From contig JAFCDN010000004.1 of the NCBI GenBank assembly GCA_017609625.1, forward strand, positions 948-64,947: a stretch of DNA of 64,000 nt. The letters run 5' to 3'. Shown here in pieces: positions 55,102 through 63,997 of the stretch. The notes beneath the pieces are model-generated. The model searched no databases and had not been told where the DNA came from. It saw nothing but the letters and a program-made list of their open reading frames with translations. The translations under genes and the position numbers were made by a program. The DNA comes from Candidatus Iainarchaeum sp. GTDB lineage: Archaea > Iainarchaeota > Iainarchaeia > Iainarchaeales > 1-14-0-10-31-34. How positions within the stretch are numbered: position 1 is the stretch's first letter; the number at the start of each line of letters is the position of its first letter.

Positions 55102-57048
55102 ATGGAAAAAAATCTTCTGGTTTTATTAAAAGAAAAAAGGGTTTTTGAACCGCCGAAAAAATTGGTGCAGGAAGCTAATGTAACTAAATGGATGAAAAAA
55201 AAGAAAATAAAAAACTATGAAGACTTGCTGAAAAAAGCAAAAGATTCTGAATGGTTTTGGAAAGAAGCAGCAAAAGAAATTGTTTCATGGAAAAAACCTT
55301 ACAAAAAAGTTTTGGAATGGAAAAACCATTATGCAAAATGGTTTGTCGGAGCAAAATACAATATAGTGTTTGATGCTTTAGAAAAACACAAAAACAAGAA
55401 AAAAATAGCTTATATCTGGGAAGGCGAACCAGAAGGAGAAATAAAAAAAATCTCTTATAAAGAATTAAATGTTCAGGTAAATAAATTAGCAAATGCATTG
55501 AAAAAGCTGGGAATAAAAAAAGGCGACAGGATTGGAATTTATTTGCCGATGATTCCGGAACTGCCTGTTGCAATGCTTGCATGCGCAAAGCTTGGCGCAG
55601 TGCATTCAGTTGTTTTTTCCGGCTTTAGCGCAAATGCTTTTGAGGAAAGGATTAACGACGAGCAGGCAAATCTGGTCATAACCTGTGACAGTTTTTACAG
55701 AAAAGGAAAAACAATTCCACTAAAAAAGCAGACAGATGAAGCTTTGCTTGAAGCTCCAAGCGTGAAAAATTGTATTGTAATTAAAAGAACAGGGGAAGAA
55801 GTTCCTTGGAATAAAAAAATGGATTTATGGTGGCATGAAATAACAGAAAAAGAATCTTCAAACTGTAAAACAGAAATTTTGGATGCAAATGATCCGCTTT
55901 TTATTTTATACACTTCAGGCACTACCGGAAAACCTAAAGGAATAATTCATGCTCACGGAGGATATGCAGTTGGAACAGGAATAACATTAAAATGGGTTTT
56001 TGATTTAAAAGAAAAAGATATATGGTGGTGTGCTGCAGATGTTGGATGGATTACAGGGCACAGCTATATTGTATATGCTCCGCTTATTTTAGGAGCGACT
56101 TCAGTGATGTATGAAGGCGCACCAAATTTTCCAGAACCAGACAGATGGTGGGAAATAGTTGACAGACACAAAGTAAGCGTACTTTATACCTCGCCAACAG
56201 CAATCAGAATGTTTATGCATTTTGGAGATGAATGGCTGGAAAAACATTCACTGAAATCTTTGAGGTTGCTTGGTTCTGTTGGAGAGCCAATTAATCCTGA
56301 AGCATGGATTTGGTATCACGAAAAAATAGGAAAAGGAAAATGCCCTATAATGGATACCTGGTGGCAGACTGAAACAGGAAGCCATTGCATTACCCCATTG
56401 CCAATAACTCCATTAAAACCTGGTTCTGCAACAAAACCTTTTCCTGGAATTCAGGCAGATGTGTATGACAAAAAAGGAAAGCCAATAACAAATGCAGGCG
56501 GAGAATTAGTTTTGTTAAATCCCTGGCCTGGAATGCTACAAGGCATTTACAAAAATCCAGAAAAATATCAGAAAACTTACTGGGAAATGTATCCAGAAGT
56601 TTATTTAGCAGGAGATGTTGCAAGAAAAGATAAAGACGGCTATTTTTGGGTGCAGGGAAGAGATTCAGATGTATTAAAGGTTGCCGGCCATAGAATTGGA
56701 AACTCTGAAATTGAATCTGCTTTGGTTTCTCATGCTTGTGTTGCAGAAGCAGCTGTAATTGGAAAACCAGATGAAATTAAAGGAGAAAAGATTGCCGCAT
56801 ATGTAATTCTGAGAAAAGGAACTGAAGTTTCAGATGAGCTGAAAAAAGAATTAGCAAAACATGTTGGAAAAGAAATCGGAAAACTTGCAAGGCCAAGCGA
56901 AATCTGGTTTGTGGATGATCTGCCAAAAACCCGAAGCGGAAAAATAATGAGAAGAATAATCAAAGCAAAAGTTTTAGGGCAGGATACAGGAAATATCTCT
57001 ACTTTAAGCAATCCAGAAGCTGTGGAAGAATTATTAGATGCAAAATAG
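55102..57048 (+). CDS. acs: acetyl-CoA synthetase (AMP-forming)
   Basis: 648 aa; YTSGTTGKPKG AMP-binding motif, C-terminal catalytic Lys region (PKTRSGKIMRR). Confidence 0.9.
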   Translation: MEKNLLVLLKEKRVFEPPKKLVQEANVTKWMKKKKIKNYEDLLKKAKDSEWFWKEAAKEIVSWKKPYKKVLEWKNHYAKWFVGAKYNIVFDALEKHKNKKKIAYIWEGEPEGEIKKISYKELNVQVNKLANALKKLGIKKGDRIGIYLPMIPELPVAMLACAKLGAVHSVVFSGFSANAFEERINDEQANLVITCDSFYRKGKTIPLKKQTDEALLEAPSVKNCIVIKRTGEEVPWNKKMDLWWHEITEKESSNCKTEILDANDPLFILYTSGTTGKPKGIIHAHGGYAVGTGITLKWVFDLKEKDIWWCAADVGWITGHSYIVYAPLILGATSVMYEGAPNFPEPDRWWEIVDRHKVSVLYTSPTAIRMFMHFGDEWLEKHSLKSLRLLGSVGEPINPEAWIWYHEKIGKGKCPIMDTWWQTETGSHCITPLPITPLKPGSATKPFPGIQADVYDKKGKPITNAGGELVLLNPWPGMLQGIYKNPEKYQKTYWEMYPEVYLAGDVARKDKDGYFWVQGRDSDVLKVAGHRIGNSEIESALVSHACVAEAAVIGKPDEIKGEKIAAYVILRKGTEVSDELKKELAKHVGKEIGKLARPSEIWFVDDLPKTRSGKIMRRIIKAKVLGQDTGNISTLSNPEAVEELLDAK

Positions 57049-57054
57049 TTAGTT

Positions 57055-58281
57055 TTACTTTTCTTCTTTTTTTTCTAGAAAGGCTATAGCTTTATCCACA
57101 TCCTCTTCTGCAAGGAGTTCAAAAAACCTTCTGACATCAAAAGCAGAATCAAAAGCAGTTTCAGAAAGGTTTTTTACTAAAAGCTCAATTCCCAAAGCAG
57201 AAACTGATTTTTTTGTTTTATGCAGTTCACGCAGTTCCTGAATTTTTTTCTTGAAAGAATCAGAAGAAAAATCTTTTTGAATGGAAAAAATTGCTTTTCC
57301 TTCAAATTCCTGCAGAACTTTCTGTAAATCAACATCTGCTTGGGTTAAGCCTTTAGCCAAAGTACCTTTTAATCTTATTCTAATTAAAGGAATCAAATCA
57401 GAAGAGTTTTCTGAAAGAAAAGACTGGATTTTTTCTCTGAATTTTGAAAGGATTTCATCAGGAAAAGCTTCATTAAAAGAAATTTTTTCATAAAACAGTT
57501 TTCTTTGCTTTGAAAGAGGCAGAAAAGCGGTCAGCATTGTTAAAGAGTTAATTAAAACAATGCCTTTTTGTTTTTCTGATTCAAATTTTTTCATCTGGGT
57601 TACAATAGTAGAGCCAGGCATTAACAATCTTCCTCCCTCAAAGAGTTTTTCTGCAAACCAATGCAAATGACCATTAATAACTAAATCAAAATCTTTTGGA
57701 AGGTTAGACATTGAAATAGTTACAGCCATTTCATCATCTGTCGGAAGGAATTCTTTAATGGATTGATGCATTAAAAAAATATTTTTTGTATCAGGAAGAG
57801 GTTGGGGGTTATAAACTTTCAAAACATCTAATGCTTTTTGTTCCGGCACTCCACCAAAACCGTGAATTGCAACTTTTTCTGAATCTTTTTCTGCAATCAA
57901 ATAATTTGCGTGAATATAAAAAAGAAATCCTGCACTCTGCAATACTTCCAAAGGATTTCGAAAATCTTTGGTGCGGATTTCATGTGTGCCATGGATTGCA
58001 ATAACTGGAATTCCGTCAAAATCCAGTTCTCTTCCTTCCTGTAAAATTTTTATTTCAGGTTTTTTTGCTTTTCTGGAAAGATTAAATAAATAAAATACTT
58101 TGCTCCAGGTTTCCAGAGAAGGAATCTTTGAATCAAAAACATCTCCAGGCAGTAAAATCAAATCTGCATTGTTTTCTATTGCCAAAGAAAAAGCTTCTAA
58201 TGCATTATTTAATGCTTCATCTTTTCTGGCATTTTTCTCTGAAAAACCCAAATGAGTGTCAGAGATTACAGCTATCTTCAT
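57055..58281 (-). CDS. mre11: Mre11-type DNA repair phosphoesterase
   Basis: calcineurin-like motifs DTHLG, GDVFD, HGTHE, GHLH in Mre11/SbcD order; 408 aa; no rad50 adjacent. Confidence 0.65.
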   Translation of the reverse strand: MKIAVISDTHLGFSEKNARKDEALNNALEAFSLAIENNADLILLPGDVFDSKIPSLETWSKVFYLFNLSRKAKKPEIKILQEGRELDFDGIPVIAIHGTHEIRTKDFRNPLEVLQSAGFLFYIHANYLIAEKDSEKVAIHGFGGVPEQKALDVLKVYNPQPLPDTKNIFLMHQSIKEFLPTDDEMAVTISMSNLPKDFDLVINGHLHWFAEKLFEGGRLLMPGSTIVTQMKKFESEKQKGIVLINSLTMLTAFLPLSKQRKLFYEKISFNEAFPDEILSKFREKIQSFLSENSSDLIPLIRIRLKGTLAKGLTQADVDLQKVLQEFEGKAIFSIQKDFSSDSFKKKIQELRELHKTKKSVSALGIELLVKNLSETAFDSAFDVRRFFELLAEEDVDKAIAFLEKKEEK

Positions 58282-59171
58282 TTTTCCACCAGCTCAAGAG
58301 TTTCTTTAAAAAGTTCTTTTGGATAAAAAGTTAAAGGAGAAAAAACAACAAACGATGTTTGATTCTGCAGTTCCTGAATTTTTTTTAATGAATCTTCTTC
58401 TTTTGCTGTGCTTAAAACTAAAGCAGAAAGAAAATCCTTTTCTTTTTTCAGTTCAGAAAAAAGAACTGGTCTGAATTCTTGAAAAGAATTCCACGGAGAA
58501 AGTAGTTCAAGATTTTTTTCTATTTTCTGGTTTGTTTTCTGGATTACAGGAAAAATATTACAGCCTCTTTTCAGCATTAAAAAACCTGAAACAAGCTCTT
58601 CTTTTTTTCCTTCCATCAATAAACCGACTTTTCCTTCTACCCCAACCGGAAGGCCTTTAACTCCTGAAATTTTTTCTGAATACAAAAAGACTTTTTTTCC
58701 TATAATGTCAGCAAAGATTTCTTTTTTTGGAGAAGAAAGGTTTACACTCAAAGATTCTATTGAATCCATTATTTTTTGGCCGCATTGAATTGCAACATCC
58801 TGTGAAGAAAAAGAGTGTTTTCCGTTTCTGGAAATGCGCAGAGCAAAAGAATCGTTTTTTGAAAGGGTTTTCTCTGCAAATTTCAGGAACAGGTTCTGCA
58901 AATCCAAAAGAGAAGAAAAAGAATGCTGTTCTGCTAAAGAAAAAGCATGGATTCCAAAAAATTTTTTCATCAAAAAAACTGCTTTTTTGCTGTCATCCGT
59001 TGAAAGTATTAATATGCCTGAAAACTTGCCTAAAACTTTTACATCTATTTTATTTTTTTTGAAACTGTTCTTTAGATTTGAAATAAGTTTTTTCAGGAAA
59101 AACTGTTTAACAAAATAGGTTTTTAAGTGAACCTCAGAAGCAGTTCTTAAAACAAAAACAGTTTTATCCAT
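58278..59171 (-). CDS. ThiI-like protein: N-terminal ferredoxin-like/THUMP domains + degenerate PP-loop region
   Basis: 297 aa; the N-terminus aligns with ThiI; C-terminal KVGLLMEGKKEELVSGFLMLKRGCNIF is the ThiI PP-loop start with SGGIDS replaced by EGKKEE. Confidence 0.55.
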   Translation of the reverse strand: MDKTVFVLRTASEVHLKTYFVKQFFLKKLISNLKNSFKKNKIDVKVLGKFSGILILSTDDSKKAVFLMKKFFGIHAFSLAEQHSFSSLLDLQNLFLKFAEKTLSKNDSFALRISRNGKHSFSSQDVAIQCGQKIMDSIESLSVNLSSPKKEIFADIIGKKVFLYSEKISGVKGLPVGVEGKVGLLMEGKKEELVSGFLMLKRGCNIFPVIQKTNQKIEKNLELLSPWNSFQEFRPVLFSELKKEKDFLSALVLSTAKEEDSLKKIQELQNQTSFVVFSPLTFYPKELFKETLELVEK

Positions 59172-59243
59172 AAAAGAAAATAAAAGAGAAAAAGTTAAAA
59201 CACTAAATTAACTTATACATAATATATGTGCTTGATTCAAAAT

Positions 59244-59408
59244 TTAACTGTATTTTGATGCACTATATCCTAGTGCGCCAATTCCAAACCACATTATTGC
59301 CAAAGCTCCCCAATTTGCAGCATAAGGACTCCAGGCCCATGCTACGCCTATTGCAAAAAGGATTAAGCCAAAAACAATGCTTCCTTTTTTTATAAATTCA
59401 CTCATCAA
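59244..59408 (-). CDS. small hydrophobic protein (54 aa)
   Basis: MSEFIKKGSIVFGLILFAIGVAWAWSPYAANWGALAIMWFGIGALGYSASKYS; sits between the two ThiI-like genes; under 60 aa so absent from the track. Confidence 0.25.
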   Translation of the reverse strand: MMSEFIKKGSIVFGLILFAIGVAWAWSPYAANWGALAIMWFGIGALGYSASKYS

Positions 59409-59469
59409 ATCCCTCCGAAAATCAAAACAATGATATAAATAATAGTCTTTAATTAATAAACTTTGCGTT

Positions 59470-60096
59470 TTAAGCCTGAGTTTTTGCTGTTTTTGTTTGT
59501 TTTTCGAACTGTAAGAAAAGGTTTTGTATTAATTCAGTGAATTCTGCTTTTTCTTCTTCTTCTGACACTCTGAATTGAATAGATTTTGTTGCAGGCTTTT
59601 CTGGACCTAAAGCATCACAGGTTTCCGGACCGACAGAAAACTCATAAAAACCGAGTTTTTTTGATAAATCAATTATTTCCTGTTTATCAAAACAAAGTAA
59701 AGGCCTTAAAACTGGTTTTTTTATTCCAAAAGAGATTGAAACAAGGTTTGAAAGAGTCTGGGAAGACACTTGCCCAATATTTTCTCCTGTAACAATAAAA
59801 TCAAACTTTCTTTTTTCACAGATTTTTTCTGCAACCTTTAACATTAAGCGTTTCATTAAAACAAAATAAAACTTTCTTTTGGTTTTCTGCACGATTTTTT
59901 CCAATGCATCAGAGTAATCCAAAACAAATAGTTCTGAATTCAGTTTTTCTGCTGCTTTCTTTGATTTTTCTATTGACTGGGCCCCAGTAATCTTTGTAGA
60001 AGAAAAATGCAGGCAATACAATTCATTTTTTTCTTTTGCCAGAAAGCCTGCAACTGGGCTGTCAATTCCTCCGCTTAAAAGAAGCAATGCTTTCAT
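59470..60096 (-). CDS. stand-alone ThiI-type PP-loop ATPase domain (tRNA 4-thiouridine synthase catalytic domain)
   Basis: 208 aa; LLLSGGIDSPVAGFL PP-loop; ThiI-specific IVTGENIGQVSSQTLSNL and RPLLCFDKQEII motifs; no THUMP. Confidence 0.7.
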   Translation of the reverse strand: MKALLLLSGGIDSPVAGFLAKEKNELYCLHFSSTKITGAQSIEKSKKAAEKLNSELFVLDYSDALEKIVQKTKRKFYFVLMKRLMLKVAEKICEKRKFDFIVTGENIGQVSSQTLSNLVSISFGIKKPVLRPLLCFDKQEIIDLSKKLGFYEFSVGPETCDALGPEKPATKSIQFRVSEEEEKAEFTELIQNLFLQFEKQTKTAKTQA

Positions 60097-60149
60097 AAAA
60101 AGATTTTGATTAGATTGAATTAAAAAACCAACGAAAGAAAAAAATATTA

Positions 60150-61322
60150 ATGGAAGAAATTTTTGATGTAATTATAGTTGGCGCAGGACCTGCAGGATGT
60201 TCTGCTGCATTAGAAACAAGGAAAAGAAAACTAAAAACACTTGTTTTAGAAGAAAACTCTGTAATTGGAGAGCCTGTTCATTGTGGGGAATGCTTATCTG
60301 AATTAGCAGTGAAAAGACTTGGATTAAAGATTCCGGAAAAAGTTGTTTCAGTTAAAGTAAAGGGGGTCAGAGTGATTTTTCCAAACAGAAAAAGCGCTTA
60401 CATAAAAGAACCAGGATTTGTGCTGGAAAAAGAAAAATTTGAGCAATGGTTAGGAGAAGAAGCAGAAAAAAATGGAGCAAAAATTCTTTTGAATGAAAAA
60501 GCAACAGAAATAAAAAAAGAAAAAAACTGGAAAATTAAAACTGCAGGCGGAAAAGAATTTACAGGGAAAATTCTGATTGATGCTTCAGGAACAGCTTATT
60601 TGCTTTCAAAAAAACTGAACTTAAACCAGAAATTTGAAACAGTTATTGGAATACAGCACAGAATGAAAGAAATTCCTAATAGCGGTTTTTTGGATTTTTA
60701 TTTATGGCCTGAACTTGCGCCAAAAGGGTATTTGTGGAGCATTCCAAAAGCAGGCAAAAGATCCAACGTTGGCTTGGTTACAAACCAAAAAACAAAAGCA
60801 AATGATTTTTTAAAAGAATTTTTGAAAAAAGAAAAATGGGAAAACAAAAAAACAGAAAAAACTTTTGGGGGATTAGTTTCCAGTTCAGGGCCTTTGAAAA
60901 AAACTTTTGATGATGGAATTATGTTAATTGGAGATGCAGCAGGGTTTACTTCTCCTTTATTTGAAGGAGGAACTTCTTTAGCAATGGCTTCAGGAAAATT
61001 TGCCGCTGAAGTTGCGGCAAAAGCAGTGGAAAAAAAAGATTACTCTAAAGAGGTTTTAAAAGAATACAAAAGTTTGTGGAAAAAAGAGTTTCCTGATTAC
61101 AATAAAATAATAAAAGGAAAAAAAGCGCTTTATAATCTGACAGAAGATGAACTGAATTTTTTTGCTAGCATTATTCCAGAAGATTTAGGAAACATAACCT
61201 TGCTTGAGAGAATAAAAATCGGTTTTAAAATCTGGTTTACCAAGCCTCAGTTAATATGGAAAGGAGTCACTTCTGTTGCAAAAGGGTTTAGCTACAGCAA
61301 GGCGAAAAATTATGGATGGTAA
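60150..61322 (+). CDS. geranylgeranyl reductase-family FAD-dependent oxidoreductase
   Basis: FAD dinucleotide-binding motif DVIIVGAGPAG; 390 aa; GGR-like layout. Confidence 0.6.
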   Translation: MEEIFDVIIVGAGPAGCSAALETRKRKLKTLVLEENSVIGEPVHCGECLSELAVKRLGLKIPEKVVSVKVKGVRVIFPNRKSAYIKEPGFVLEKEKFEQWLGEEAEKNGAKILLNEKATEIKKEKNWKIKTAGGKEFTGKILIDASGTAYLLSKKLNLNQKFETVIGIQHRMKEIPNSGFLDFYLWPELAPKGYLWSIPKAGKRSNVGLVTNQKTKANDFLKEFLKKEKWENKKTEKTFGGLVSSSGPLKKTFDDGIMLIGDAAGFTSPLFEGGTSLAMASGKFAAEVAAKAVEKKDYSKEVLKEYKSLWKKEFPDYNKIIKGKKALYNLTEDELNFFASIIPEDLGNITLLERIKIGFKIWFTKPQLIWKGVTSVAKGFSYSKAKNYGW

Positions 61323-61992
61323 AGTAAAAGAAATTCTGAAAGAATTAAAAAGCAATGGAAAAAAAAAGAATAGAGAAGGAATGGCAAAGTTTGGGATTAA
61401 CACTTCAACTGCTTTTGGCGTTAATGTCTATATTGTAAGGGATTTAGCAAAAAAATACCGAAAAAACCATTCTCTTGCTTTGGATTTATGGAAAACTAAT
61501 ATACATGAAGCAAGAATGCTTGCGTGCTTTATTGATGATTCTGAAAAAGTTTCAGAAAAGCAGATGGAATCTTGGGTTAAAGATTTTAATTCCTGGGATT
61601 TATGCGATCAAACCTGTTCAAATTTGTTTGATAAAACTCCTTTTGCCTGGAAAAAAGCAGTTAAATGGTGTGCAAGAAAAGAAGAGTTTGTTAAAAGATC
61701 AGGATTTGTTTTAATGTGTGCTTTGGCAGTGCATGACAAAAAAGCAAAAGATAAGGAATTTGAAAAGTTTTTTCCGCTCATAAAAAAGCATTCAGTGGAT
61801 GAAAGAAATTTTGTTAAAAAAGCAGTTAACTGGAGTTTAAGGCAGATTGGAAAAAGAAACAAAAAACTAAACAAAAAAGCAATTAGAATCGGAAAAGAAA
61901 TCAGAAAAATTGAATCAAACTCTGCTAAATGGATTGCTGGAGATGCTTTAAGAGAACTGGAAAGCGAAAAGATTCAGGAAAGATTGAAGTGA
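61312..61992 (+). CDS. DNA alkylation repair enzyme (AlkC/AlkD HEAT-like repeat family)
   Basis: WDLCDQ...KRSGFVLMCALA...VNWSLRQIGKRN match the AlkD family; start taken at MDGKVK overlapping the upstream stop (the track starts at 61276). Confidence 0.6.
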   Translation: MDGKVKEILKELKSNGKKKNREGMAKFGINTSTAFGVNVYIVRDLAKKYRKNHSLALDLWKTNIHEARMLACFIDDSEKVSEKQMESWVKDFNSWDLCDQTCSNLFDKTPFAWKKAVKWCARKEEFVKRSGFVLMCALAVHDKKAKDKEFEKFFPLIKKHSVDERNFVKKAVNWSLRQIGKRNKKLNKKAIRIGKEIRKIESNSAKWIAGDALRELESEKIQERLK

Positions 61993-61996
61993 AAAG

Positions 61997-62368
61997 ATGT
62001 TTGTGAAAAGGTTTGAAAATCTGGAGGAGTTTGTTTCAGGAGACAATTGCGTGCTGAGAGAGTATTTTAATCCATTAAAAGAAAAAATGGAACTGAATTA
62101 CAGCTTGGCTCATGCAGTGGTTAAATCAGGGGAAACCACTTTTAAGCATAAACTGAAAAGCTCTGAAGTCTATTTTATTTTAAAAGGAAAAGGAACAATG
62201 CACATTGATGAAGAAGAAAAATAAGTGCAGGAAAATGATGTAGTTTATATTCCTCCAAATTCTATTCAGAGCATAAAAAATTCTGGAGAAGAGGATTTGG
62301 TTTTTTTGTGTATTGTAGAGCCTACATGGAAGCCAGAAGACGAAGAAATCCAAAAAGAAAAAGATTAA
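61997..62368 (+). pseudogene. cupin-domain protein interrupted by an in-frame TAA
   Basis: the 75-aa track ORF ends at TAA 62222-62224; the same frame continues VQENDVVYIPPNSIQSIKNSGEEDLVFLCIVEP..., the second half of the cupin beta-barrel (conserved PxG.xHxxxN-like strand). Confidence 0.5.
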
Positions 62369-62395
62369 ATATCTGCTTCTACTTTTCTATTTAAT

Positions 62396-63109
62396 ATGGG
62401 AAAAGTTTTAAACAAAGAAAGAGTGAGAAGCCTGAACTATTTCAGAGGAAGAATGAAAAAAGCAGTTCAGGAAATGATTAAAATAGAAAAAAATCCTACT
62501 CTAAAAGCTGCTTATGAAAGAGCGTTAACTAATTTAGAGACTGTTCCAATAAAATTTTATCCAAAAGACACGCTTATGAGGGCTGTATTCAAAATAGGAA
62601 AGCATTTTGTTGCTTCAGAAGTTTTAGGACAGCATGAACAAAAAATCAGAATAAAAAGAGAAGGCGGAATTATTAAAGTTGTTCCAGATGGAAGGTTAAT
62701 TGAACTGCCTGCAGACCACTTTTTTCATGGAGACAAATTAAACTGGAAAGGAGTTCATACTTTAATGCATGAAATCTGCCATGACCCGACAAGAAATGTT
62801 TTTGATTTTTCAAGGGAAGCACAGTTAACCCCAAATCAGACAGAAGAATTGATTGCAGATCTGATGAGTGCAAAGATTGCAATAAAAATGGGGTTCAAAA
62901 GAGAAAGCGTTTTAGGGTTATATCATGGAAGAGAAGCAATTTATGGAAGATTTCCCTTTAGAGAATATTTAGAAAGAGCAACTGAATCAAAAACAAAAAG
63001 AGTTTTAAGGAAAACAAAAGAACTGCCAAAAAAGTGGAAAGAACGAAAAAGAAAAAAGGAAAGAAAGCCCAGCGCTATTTACAACAGGCCTAGAGTTAGA
63101 TTTGCGTAA
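62396..63109 (+). CDS. hypothetical protein with HExxH motif (putative metallopeptidase)
   Basis: 237 aa; HEICHD zinc-binding-like motif; basic C-terminus. Confidence 0.35.
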   Translation: MGKVLNKERVRSLNYFRGRMKKAVQEMIKIEKNPTLKAAYERALTNLETVPIKFYPKDTLMRAVFKIGKHFVASEVLGQHEQKIRIKREGGIIKVVPDGRLIELPADHFFHGDKLNWKGVHTLMHEICHDPTRNVFDFSREAQLTPNQTEELIADLMSAKIAIKMGFKRESVLGLYHGREAIYGRFPFREYLERATESKTKRVLRKTKELPKKWKERKRKKERKPSAIYNRPRVRFA

Positions 63110-63112
63110 TTA

Positions 63113-63397
63113 TTATTCTTTAGAACACAAAGATTCTTCGCAGATTGCATCACAGTCTACATCCACGCAATTTGGCGCTCTTCCTTTAACCTCTCCAGCA
63201 GAACCGCAAGAACAGGTAAAAGAATAGTCTGTTCCGTTAAACTGGCAAAGTTTTGTTGCAGACTTGAAAAGGCATTTTTTGTTTAAGTCAATTGCCCTTC
63301 CAGCAGCATCATTTTCTAAAGGTTGGAGCACAACCATTGCAACAACTATAATAAAAGGAATAATAAAATAAATCAAATGTTTTCTGTTAAACTCCAT
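63113..63397 (-). CDS. small secreted Cys-rich protein
   Basis: 94 aa; N-terminal TM/signal; eight Cys. Confidence 0.3.
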   Translation of the reverse strand: MEFNRKHLIYFIIPFIIVVAMVVLQPLENDAAGRAIDLNKKCLFKSATKLCQFNGTDYSFTCSCGSAGEVKGRAPNCVDVDCDAICEESLCSKE

Positions 63398-63529
63398 TTT
63401 ATCACTTTTCTCATCTATTTATGTACTTCTTTATATTTAAAAGTTTGCAAGCTGAGAGAGGGAAGAGAAGTTCAAGTTAGAAGCTGTCGTAGTAATTGAA
63501 AGAAAGCTTAATGTTAAAAGAATGAATAA

Positions 63530-63784
63530 TTATTTATTTTTTCTTTTTAAGAGCATAAGCAAATCTTCTTTAGTTAATCCACAATCATTTAATATTCCTT
63601 TAAGAGTTCCAATAGGAAGCGATTCATTAGTGTGATAAGGGACAGTAGTATGCCTAAATTCCCCCTGATAAATTCCTTTCAATTGAATGTGACTTCCTTT
63701 TTGTCGAACAGGAAAAATTTCAATCGTTGATAAAGCCTTAATTAAATCTTTTGCTTTAACTACAGGCAATTTTTTACTGGCCAT
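63530..63784 (-). CDS. hicA: HicA-family toxin (YcfA-like mRNA interferase)
   Basis: 84 aa; LIKALSTIEIFPVRQKGSHIQL...VPYHTNESLPIGTLKGIL matches the HicA consensus. Confidence 0.6.
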   Translation of the reverse strand: MASKKLPVVKAKDLIKALSTIEIFPVRQKGSHIQLKGIYQGEFRHTTVPYHTNESLPIGTLKGILNDCGLTKEDLLMLLKRKNK

Positions 63785-63802
63785 AAATAAAAAATAAGAG
63801 TA

Positions 63803-63997
63803 CTACACACAAGATACTTTTTGAGGAATTTGATTAGAAAAACATTGGTCAATAACAAGTGTGGGGTATTTTTGAACAGTCTGATTTTGTTCATGTATTT
63901 CTTCAGTCACCAACAATAAAGCTTCTTGAAAATTTTTTAATGCATCTTCCAAATTTTTTCCATAAGTGTTTATGTGGTATTCATCATTTCTAACCAA
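63803..63997 (-). CDS. hicB: HicB-like antitoxin (possibly N-terminally truncated by window edge)
   Basis: 64 aa; immediately upstream of hicA; EDALKNFQEALLL resembles the HicB/UPF0150 fold; the window ends 3 nt beyond the ATG. Confidence 0.35.
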   Translation of the reverse strand: MVRNDEYHINTYGKNLEDALKNFQEALLLVTEEIHEQNQTVQKYPTLVIDQCFSNQIPQKVSCV

